Shown piece by piece: positions 1 to 6,725 of a DNA stretch of 18,152 nt. The position numbers and the translations under genes were made by a program. This stretch comes from Bdellovibrionia bacterium (GTDB taxonomy: Bacteria; Bdellovibrionota; UBA1018). Every line of letters starts with the position of its first letter. Position 1 is the first letter of the stretch. The notes beneath the pieces are model-generated. The model made no database searches, had not been told where the DNA came from, and saw nothing but the letters and a program-made list of their open reading frames with translations. Location of the stretch: positions 1 to 18,152 of the forward strand of contig JBJMMA010000025.1 of the NCBI GenBank assembly GCA_045805065.1, written 5' to 3'.

Positions 1-223
1 TCTCATTGAGAGCCACTGCCGAGAATGGCTGCTGCGGCGATCCAAAAAGCGCGTGCTCCCCGAGCACCTGTGAGCCCGCTACCTGATAGATCTCAATGTT
101 TTTCTTGGGGCGCTGGAGATAGACGGAGATCAGCCCGGATTGAACCAGGTAGACTGTCGTCGCCTTGTCGCCTTCGTTAAAAAGTAACTCCCCCTTCTTT
201 AAAGTCTTCAGGTATTGACTCAT
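1..223 (-). CDS. Crp/Fnr-family cyclic-nucleotide-binding protein (N-terminal part, runs off the window)
   Basis: Manual translation from ATG at 223: MSQYLKTLKKGELLFNEGDKATTVYLVQSGLISVYLQRPKKNIEIYQVAGSQVLGEHALFGSPQQPFSAVALNE. It has the cNMP-binding pattern KGE-LF-EGD...YLV-SG...GE-ALF...SAVA. Not in the ORF track because it is truncated. Confidence 0.85.
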   Translation of the reverse strand, partial: MSQYLKTLKKGELLFNEGDKATTVYLVQSGLISVYLQRPKKNIEIYQVAGSQVLGEHALFGSPQQPFSAVALNE

Positions 224-232
224 TCGCAAGTC

Positions 233-260
233 GTATCGACACGGGTCTTTATAAACTTTA
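233..260 (-). promoter_or_regulatory. Putative sigma28 (FliA/SigD) promoter for the Crp-like gene
   Basis: Minus strand reads TAAAGTTT-N12-GTCGATAC (consensus TAAAGTTT-N11-GCCGATAA, or TAAA-N15/16-GCCGATAW) and ends 9 nt before the ATG. Confidence 0.5.
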
Positions 261-571
261 AAGCAAATCGAAAGGGGTGAATTTGACATCCATTTCGTTG
301 CACGAACCCCATGCACGAATGATTGGCGAAGAATGCAATGCTCAACCTGCTCTGCTGCGCTGAGAAAACAACATAGCAAGGCGCGCTAGCTCGGTGCTCA
401 GACCAATTCCCCTTTGAAACCTGCTTTTCAGTGTCGCAATCTGCGCCAAATTCCCGAAAACGAGCCGCAGGTACGTCGCTTGCTTTGGTCCCAACAGCAT
501 GCGGCCTGAGTTGTTTGAAAAAGCCGCGTACTTGGATTTGTTTACAAATTCGTCAAAGGAGGACGACACAC

Positions 572-1003
572 ATGCTACGGAAAGCACTGCTTGGAACTGC
601 AATGATGGCTCTCATTTCTTCTGTCGCTATGGCAGACATTCTGCCTCCAGTGAACTACGCTGGTCAGAAGGCTGGCACCTATGCTGGCCAGAAGGCTGGA
701 CAAAAGGCTGGTCAGAAGGCCGGTCAGAAGGCCGGTCAGAAGGCCGGTCAAAAGGCTGGTCAGAAGGCTGGACAAAAGGCTGGACAAAAGGCTGGCCAGA
801 AGGCTGGACAAAAAGCTGGCCAGAAGGCTGGTCAGTTTGCAGCTCAGAAGGCTGGCCAGAAGGCCGGTCAGAAAGCTGGACAAAAGGCTGGCCAGAAGGC
901 TGGACAAAAAGCTGGCCAGAAGGCCGGTCAGTCCGCTGGTCAGAAAGCTGGCCAGAAGTCTGGCGTCAGCTACAGCAACGGCAGCGGCAGCACCGGCTAC
1001 TAA
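572..1003 (+). CDS. Exported AGQK tetrapeptide-repeat protein (143 aa), putative precursor or structural peptide
   Basis: Strong RBS AAGGAGG at 556-562 before ATG 572; the ORF-track start at 431 is unlikely. Sec-type signal MLRKALLGTAMMALISSVAMA, then DILPPVNY, 25 tetrapeptide units and tail SGVSYSNGSGSTGY. Variation among the AGQK units is at third codon positions in this frame. Confidence 0.9.
   Translation: MLRKALLGTAMMALISSVAMADILPPVNYAGQKAGTYAGQKAGQKAGQKAGQKAGQKAGQKAGQKAGQKAGQKAGQKAGQKAGQKAGQFAAQKAGQKAGQKAGQKAGQKAGQKAGQKAGQSAGQKAGQKSGVSYSNGSGSTGY
659..958 (+). repeat. 12-bp coding tandem repeat x25 (GCY GGH CAR AAR = AGQK)
   Basis: 21 AGQK units plus the variants AGTY (671), AGQF (827), AAQK (839) and AGQS (923). 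Confidence 0.97.
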
Positions 1004-1028
1004 GCTCTAGCAGTCATCAGGCATTACA

Positions 1029-1072
1029 CGGGGAAGAATTTGCGAAAATCGCAGTTCTTCCCCGCTTTTTTT
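1029..1072 (+). terminator. Rho-independent terminator/stabilising hairpin after the repeat gene
   Basis: CGGGGAAGAA-TTTGCGA-AAA-TCGCAG-TTCTTCCCCG followed by CTTTTTTT. Confidence 0.85.
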
Positions 1073-1119
1073 AAATCTCTCTCTTACAATCCTCTTTTGG
1101 CCATTCGGAGCAAAGAACC

Positions 1120-1695
1120 ATGCAAACCCTTCGAATCGAGGCCCACCCGAGCGCTCCTCAAGCTTTGGCTCCCATCACGTTGCTTACGGGAACGGTACTC
1201 ACCATCTCCATTCTCTCAGGTTTTCAATCCACCCCGGTTCCTCATGAACTTGCCTGGCAGTTCTCACCGATCGGTTTTTTAACGAGCGCACTCAAAGGCG
1301 GACTGCCGGCAGAATACCTGGACCTTCCTACGGCGAATTACTTCCGCGGTCCCTCAGGCCTGAGCCTCGATTATGCGACGGTCTTTTTCAAAACCTGTTT
1401 TCTGGAAGCGCCTTTCTATGCCTGGTGTTTAAGGCGAGAAGGCTTCTTCAAAGCGGTGCAACTCATCCTCACCGCCAACTTCCTCACCCACCCGATCGTA
1501 TTTTTCGTGTTTCCGCTCTTATTCGCCCGCTACGTCCCGGCAGCTCTTTCAGCCGAAGTCTTTGCGGCCGGCGCTGAGATGCTCTTCATCGGGCTCTGGA
1601 TGAAAAACTCATATGGGGCGCGCACTGGCTGGATCTCGGCTTTCATCATCCTTTTTGCAAACCTTTTCTCATGGGAAGTGGGGATGTTTGTCTAA
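1120..1695 (+). CDS. Uncharacterised integral membrane protein with T-x3-E / AN-x2-THP / E-x6-E / AN-x2-S motifs
   Basis: 191-aa ORF with GGAG upstream and about 5 hydrophobic segments. Polar residues E96, N120, H124, E146, E153 and N181 lie in or at the edges of these segments. Its stop overlaps the next start (TAATG). Confidence 0.8.
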   Translation: MQTLRIEAHPSAPQALAPITLLTGTVLTISILSGFQSTPVPHELAWQFSPIGFLTSALKGGLPAEYLDLPTANYFRGPSGLSLDYATVFFKTCFLEAPFYAWCLRREGFFKAVQLILTANFLTHPIVFFVFPLLFARYVPAALSAEVFAAGAEMLFIGLWMKNSYGARTGWISAFIILFANLFSWEVGMFV

Positions 1696-2828
1696 TGACC
1701 TGGGCAATGATGGATTTATGCGCGGAATGCTTTGATTTCTTTCGCTCACGAATTCTTCGTCTCACCATGAAGTTCGAATGGGCGCGCCCGCTGTTCTACA
1801 ATCGCTCTTTGCGACTTGCGTTTTTGTTCCTGCTTTCCTGCACGACATCCCTGCCACTGGCTCTTTTTTTTCCGCTCTGGCTTCTGCTCTTCGGGCCTTT
1901 GGTTTATGGGGTTCCCCACATCGCTTCAAGTCTTCGCTATTTTCATCACTCGGCAAGAGCGGGAGAAAAAGATGACTCAAGAACGCGGACGCTCGCCTTT
2001 GTGGCCGCGGGAGTCATTTTGGTTGGCGTCTTTGTCCACAGACTTTTACTGACACAAAGCGTATTCAACATCTCGGTCCCGCAACTCAGCGAATGGAAAG
2101 GCTCGACTTACATCGACCTGATCGCCCTGAGCGTAACCTTTGCTTTAGGTGCTTGGATTTATCGCAAATCGCTCTCGCAGCTGATTGCAGGAACTCTCTT
2201 CATCACGCCACTCGCGGTCGCGTTCTGGTTCAAGCCCATGGAAACCATCGGAGCCATGGTCTTGATTCATAATTTCGTGGCTTTTGTGTATTGGATCCGC
2301 TCGACCCGAAGTCGATCCGAGAAAAGGGTCGCATGGTCCGCCTTTGCCATCACGCTGGGCGTCTCAGCCGCGATCTTTCTGGGGGTATTTGATCCACTTT
2401 ACTCCGCCTTTCATCATTTTGAGCCCAGGCTTGCGCTCACGGTTGCGCAACTGACCGCAGAGGACACGGGACGCCTCATCGCGCCCTGGTGGCAAGGCGC
2501 TGACTCGTTCTGGCTTCATGCCTGCAGCGTTTATGCTTTCGGTCAGGCACTCCACTACTTTGTCTGGCTCAAGGCGATCCCCGATCAATTCCACACTCAT
2601 GACGTACCCACCACGTTTCGTCAAAGTCTGAAGCTTTTGTCAGAAGACTTTGGCCGAACGGTAAGCATTGCACTGGTCCTGATCAGCGCCGGGTCGATCG
2701 TGATCTGGAGCTTCATGTCGCTTCAGGAGGCCAGGATGATTTATTTCTGCCTCGCAGGCTATCACGGGTATCTTGAAATCGCGGGGCTGGCACTCTCGCT
2801 TCGAGCACCAGCCCCGCGCTACCGCTAG
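1695..2828 (+). CDS. Uncharacterised polytopic membrane protein with four His motifs (putative non-heme metal enzyme)
   Basis: ATG 1695 overlaps the TAA of the previous gene. 377 aa, about 9-10 TM segments. Motifs GVPH(75)xxSSLRY, H(192)N, QALH(287)Y-xxWL and YH(357)GYLE. Confidence 0.8.
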   Translation: MTWAMMDLCAECFDFFRSRILRLTMKFEWARPLFYNRSLRLAFLFLLSCTTSLPLALFFPLWLLLFGPLVYGVPHIASSLRYFHHSARAGEKDDSRTRTLAFVAAGVILVGVFVHRLLLTQSVFNISVPQLSEWKGSTYIDLIALSVTFALGAWIYRKSLSQLIAGTLFITPLAVAFWFKPMETIGAMVLIHNFVAFVYWIRSTRSRSEKRVAWSAFAITLGVSAAIFLGVFDPLYSAFHHFEPRLALTVAQLTAEDTGRLIAPWWQGADSFWLHACSVYAFGQALHYFVWLKAIPDQFHTHDVPTTFRQSLKLLSEDFGRTVSIALVLISAGSIVIWSFMSLQEARMIYFCLAGYHGYLEIAGLALSLRAPAPRYR

Positions 2829-2856
2829 GATCACAACAGCGCTTGCGGATATGGCT

Positions 2857-3708
2857 TTATTCGGTCAAAGGAACCAACACACCACACGCCACACCGAGCG
2901 TTTGTTGAGGCGTCATGCCCGATACATCGCTTGCCGCAGTATTTGGAAGAAGCGTTGTTGGGGAGACACCGTGAATTTCCACAACGCGACCACTGAGAGC
3001 AAGGTTTGCCGAGCCCGCCGATCCTGAGGCGGTAGGACTTATGGTGGGACTTACACTGGGAGTTGCAGCAACTCCCGCTTGAGGCGATGCAGTTCCAGGA
3101 GCTGGGAGACTGCTGAGAAATGCGGATGATCCGCCGTTGATATAGTTCAGTACGCCATCCGCGGCCGCGGTCGGAAAGACCATGCTTGCGGAGGCCTGTG
3201 GCGTGGCTGGAGCGATATCTCCTGAGAGGCTCAGCGGAATGATGGGAGGACCCGAAATCGCTTCAGCCTCAACCGCATCGACGACTCCATCTCCATTGAC
3301 ATCAGCGGAGATATTCGCGCAGGCCGTGCCCTGATGAATATGCATTTCATGCACCACGTCTGGAGCAAGATTTGAAGCCTGAACCATTGCTCCTATTCGG
3401 CCCTGGTCCACCACGACGGTCACTGTTCCTGTAGCACCGCTGCCGTTTGCGGGATTTAAGACTGCAGAGTAGACCTGACGAGTGGTAGAGCCCGTCGCTC
3501 CGCCTGCGCTCGCTGGACTTGGAGAAACAGTAGGAGAAGCGGTTGGAGATGCCCCTGGCGAAGCTTTCACGCCCGGAAGTCCTTCGGGTGCACCAACGCT
3601 TCCCCCTCCTGCCCCTGTTTGCGCAGATACTCCGATTGCAACGAAAGTTGCCGTACCCAGTGCCGCGACCAGTGTGGCGCGGAACTTTGTCTTCTCACTC
3701 ATCGACAT
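2857..3708 (-). CDS. Exported Cu/Zn-SOD-like/CHRD-like protein with DxNxDG loop and Ser/Pro/Thr-rich linkers
   Basis: RBS AAGGAG 9 nt before ATG 3708; signal-like N-terminus ending VSA-Q. Motifs L-x-P-x-N-x-SG-x-x-G, HEMHIH-x4-C, DVNGDG, LSGRVVEIHG and VACG. Confidence 0.7.
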   Translation of the reverse strand: MSMSEKTKFRATLVAALGTATFVAIGVSAQTGAGGGSVGAPEGLPGVKASPGASPTASPTVSPSPASAGGATGSTTRQVYSAVLNPANGSGATGTVTVVVDQGRIGAMVQASNLAPDVVHEMHIHQGTACANISADVNGDGVVDAVEAEAISGPPIIPLSLSGDIAPATPQASASMVFPTAAADGVLNYINGGSSAFLSSLPAPGTASPQAGVAATPSVSPTISPTASGSAGSANLALSGRVVEIHGVSPTTLLPNTAASDVSGMTPQQTLGVACGVLVPLTE

Positions 3709-3784
3709 AAAAATCTCTCCTTTGGGTTTGACTCGTTTCAATGCAAAGCGTGTGCGTTGTTTGGCCCAGAAGGAGAATTCTCGT

Positions 3785-4894
3785 TTAGGCGACTTCGGGA
3801 TTCATCTCATCGCCTGTGGCCGCGGGCGGAGCTGACGGATAAGGAGGAGGCGCAGGTTGATAGCCTGACATCGGCATAGGTATTGTGAGTCCCTCACCTT
3901 CCAATTCTGCAAGGATGCGACGACGTCTTTCGAAAAGTGCAACGACTCCCGCAAAAACAAGCCCGCGCACGATCCATTTTCCACCGGTCTCCATGAAATT
4001 CGCAACGCGCGAGGGTTTCATTCCACCGAAGACATTCGAGGTTCCAGGCACAGGATCATAGAGATTGTTCGGCTGATCGGGCGTCTTGGGCTTTGAAGTT
4101 TTTTGCAAGTGGGAGGCATACCACGACTGCAGATGAAGAAATGTCTCCGGAAATCGACGTTGCATGAAAATCGCATTCTTTCCAAATCCGCCGACGACGG
4201 TCGAAAAACGCGGCTTCTCGCAAACCTTCATGATCGCATTGACTACAAGCTGGGGATGATAAGTCGGAGGAATCGGTGCGGGCTCGACTCCCAATTGTGT
4301 CTTTGCATGTTTAAAGAGCGGCGTTGCAAACGAGGATGGAAGAATCGTGGAGAGCTTCACGTTGGAATGCTCATACAGAAGTTCCGTATAAAGAGATTTA
4401 TAGTAACCATAGAGTGCATGCTTACTGGCTGAGTATGATGCGCTGAACGGAACCCCGATTTCTGATTCCACACTGAGGATCCCGATCAGCTGCCCACTGG
4501 ATTTCTCCAGATGAGGAAGAGCCGCCCGTGCGCCATAGATCTGTCCGTAAAAATTGACGTCCATGACTCTTTTAAAATCATCGAGCGAGATCTCAGAATC
4601 CAATCCGTAAATCGATGTGCCGGCATTATTGATCCAAATGTCGATACCACCAAATTCCTGGGCAATGTGATCAGCAGCGCGCTTCATGCCTTCCGCATCT
4701 GTCACATCCATGGGAAACACATAAGAGCGTCCACCTAAATCCTTCACCTCAGCAGCCAGTGTCCCAAGCCCATCGCGGCTTCTAGCTATCAGCCCAAGCT
4801 TTGCTCCTTGTTTGGCGAAACACAAAGCGGTCAGGCGCCCTATTCCTGAACTTGCTCCCGTAATTACGACGGTTTTTCCTGTAAATGAGTTCAT
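3785..4894 (-). CDS. SDR family NAD(P)-dependent oxidoreductase with C-terminal extension/membrane anchor
   Basis: TGASSGIG, NNAG and YSASK motifs; C-terminal NLYDPV region, then a hydrophobic stretch followed by RRRR. Confidence 0.93.
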   Translation of the reverse strand: MNSFTGKTVVITGASSGIGRLTALCFAKQGAKLGLIARSRDGLGTLAAEVKDLGGRSYVFPMDVTDAEGMKRAADHIAQEFGGIDIWINNAGTSIYGLDSEISLDDFKRVMDVNFYGQIYGARAALPHLEKSSGQLIGILSVESEIGVPFSASYSASKHALYGYYKSLYTELLYEHSNVKLSTILPSSFATPLFKHAKTQLGVEPAPIPPTYHPQLVVNAIMKVCEKPRFSTVVGGFGKNAIFMQRRFPETFLHLQSWYASHLQKTSKPKTPDQPNNLYDPVPGTSNVFGGMKPSRVANFMETGGKWIVRGLVFAGVVALFERRRRILAELEGEGLTIPMPMSGYQPAPPPYPSAPPAATGDEMNPEVA

Positions 4895-4945
4895 CCTTTT
4901 AACCTCTTATTAGCCTCTTAACCTCGCCTGATTCTTTGCCTCCAG

Positions 4946-4983
4946 TTTGTGCATCAGGTATTCCTTTGTGCATCAGGTATTCC
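4946..4983. repeat. Perfect 19-bp tandem duplication (TTTGTGCATCAGGTATTCC x2) in the divergent intergenic region
   Basis: 4946-4964 and 4965-4983 are identical. On the minus strand each copy contains GG-N10-GC (GGAATACCTGATGC). Confidence 0.9.
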
Positions 4984-5041
4984 AGCATGCCCTTCCAGCT
5001 GAAAGTTGACAGCTACGACCTCGCGCGTTACAAGGCCGACC

Positions 5042-5491
5042 ATGAAGTCGATCTCCAAGCCAAAGCTCGCGTTGTCCGGAACCATGATTTTTGTCTGCGC
5101 AGCCGCCCTGGCCGTAACAGAGAGCCCATGGCGTCGAACCTGCCGTGCACAAGGGGGTACGCCTTGGGATGTTCGCCTGGAAGATGATCAAATCACTCTT
5201 TGCCGCTTCAATGGCATCGGAGTGGATACCGAGACTTTCTATCATCAGCTTGAAAACGACAATGCTCCACAAGCCGTCAGTGCCTTTCTGAGTCAGCCTC
5301 AACCAGGCCCTTCAAGTCCGAGAGTCGCTTGCGAGAACAGCGGCGGAAATTATGTCAGCGTCGTTGACCTCGAAGAAATGCCAACCGCGCTTTGCCAATT
5401 CTCAGATAACTCTCGCATTGAGGCGCGTGCGTTTTCCGTAGGCTCAGGCCCAGGAGCTGGCGCTGCGCTGGCTCGCGCGCTCCGCCCATAG
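5042..5491 (+). CDS. Exported protein with two DUF333-like (C-x3-GG...C-x-F) modules
   Basis: Hydrophobic N-terminus. CRAQGG...TLCRF and CENSGG...ALCQFSDNSRIEARAF resemble the DUF333 pattern C-x3-GG...C-x-(L/F)-x-DG-x3-E-x2-L. Start uncertain (5042 or 5084). Confidence 0.6.
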   Translation: MKSISKPKLALSGTMIFVCAAALAVTESPWRRTCRAQGGTPWDVRLEDDQITLCRFNGIGVDTETFYHQLENDNAPQAVSAFLSQPQPGPSSPRVACENSGGNYVSVVDLEEMPTALCQFSDNSRIEARAFSVGSGPGAGAALARALRP

Positions 5492-5501
5492 GGTCACTCG
5501 G

Positions 5502-6704
5502 TCAGGCTGCGTCCGACACAGTCCGCTGTTTGTCCCCTAGTTTGGGAAGACTCAGGACAAAACAGGTCTGCGGTATGTTTTCATCCAGATAGAGGCAGCC
5601 TCCATGCATCTCGGCAAGAGTCCGTGAGATCAGGAAGCCCACCCCGGCTCCCTGCTTTTTCTCGCGAATGACCCCGCTTTTGTTGCCCTTTCTAAAGTTC
5701 TCCCTGAGCGATTGAGGTACGCCAGGACCGTTATCAATGATCCGTACCTGAATCTCATCATCACGTTCCATGACCTCCAGGCGAATCCAGGGATCCTTTG
5801 TCCCGCGCAATGCCATCGCCGCGTTCCGAACCAGATTGGTGATGATCTGAAGAAAATGAATACGCACGCATTCAATCAGAATCTCTTCCAACTGAGCATA
5901 GTCCGGGATTTCCACACGAACGGATTGAACATACTCTCGAGTCATTGCCAGTGCGTCATCCAAAAGCGCACGAACACTCAATCGTTCGTACGGCTCTTTG
6001 ACAGAGCCTTTGAACATCGAAAGCATTCCATTGACGATTGATATGACCTGATCGACAGTCTCTTCGATCTGTCTGCATGATTCGATCAGGCTTTGCGAGT
6101 TGAACTTTCCCAAAGTCAGTGCATGCCGTATCAACCCTGCTCTTGTCATGATCACGCTGAGAGGATTTTTGATTTCATGACTGACAAACCCCGTCCATTC
6201 AGCGAAAGCAGCTCTTCTTTCCTGCTCCAGGAGCCGCCCTCTCAGTTCATTGACACGCTCCGAGAGAACACGCTTGGTCGTGATGTTTTGATGAATGACC
6301 GCCACGTAGGCAGCTCCGTCGAATTCGCACCGTATCAGCCAGACTGAAAACCAGCGTTTCTCCAAAGGCGAATGACAAGGATATTCGAGCTGACTGAAGC
6401 TGGAGGAGCCAGTCGACGTATTATCCTGGAACATCGAGATGATTCGCGAGCGCAGCACGCCGGCTTCCCAGACATGCTCTTTCTCCGCTCGTTCGCAGAC
6501 GCCAAGATAATTCGCGCCGATATCCGTTTTGCCGGCCGATCCTTCATTCTCGACTGAGAACCGCTTCCACGCTTTGTTGGTCCATACGATCTGCCCGCTC
6601 GAATTCAAAACAGCAACATGCTCGGGCATGTTATTCAGCACCCGACCCAGGACCAGGCCGCCTTGCTCTTTCTCAAAAAGCGTGGAAAAAATGGAAGCGC
6701 TCAC
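5502..6704 (-). CDS. Cytoplasmic PAS-domain sensor histidine kinase
   Basis: PAS (AVLNSSGQIVWTN-AW...LEYPCHSP-EKRWF), H-box SHEIKNPL, N-box NLVRNA, G1 DNGPGV and G2 GAGVGF. No TM segment. GTG start uncertain. Confidence 0.92.
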   Translation of the reverse strand: MSASIFSTLFEKEQGGLVLGRVLNNMPEHVAVLNSSGQIVWTNKAWKRFSVENEGSAGKTDIGANYLGVCERAEKEHVWEAGVLRSRIISMFQDNTSTGSSSFSQLEYPCHSPLEKRWFSVWLIRCEFDGAAYVAVIHQNITTKRVLSERVNELRGRLLEQERRAAFAEWTGFVSHEIKNPLSVIMTRAGLIRHALTLGKFNSQSLIESCRQIEETVDQVISIVNGMLSMFKGSVKEPYERLSVRALLDDALAMTREYVQSVRVEIPDYAQLEEILIECVRIHFLQIITNLVRNAAMALRGTKDPWIRLEVMERDDEIQVRIIDNGPGVPQSLRENFRKGNKSGVIREKKQGAGVGFLISRTLAEMHGGCLYLDENIPQTCFVLSLPKLGDKQRTVSDAA

Positions 6705-6725
6705 ACCTCAAATGAGATGCAATCT

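Noticed and set aside
323..341. TTGGCGAAGAATGC as a sigma54 promoter for the AGQK gene
   Set aside because: The GG-to-GC spacing is not the required 10 nt.
431..571. ORF-track N-terminal extension of the repeat protein
   Set aside because: GTG start with no SD; ATG 572 has AAGGAGG and begins a clean signal peptide.
659..958. Possible CRISPR array or non-coding VNTR
   Set aside because: Contiguous 12-bp units with no spacers, in frame within a CDS, and no cas genes nearby.
499..1074. Alternative-frame ORFs over the repeat (499-1074 GWSE/GWTK, 681-1010 RRLV, 575-907 minus-strand LLAS)
   Set aside because: They are open only because the 12-bp unit has no stop in those frames. Variation is synonymous only in the AGQK frame, which also has the SD and signal peptide.
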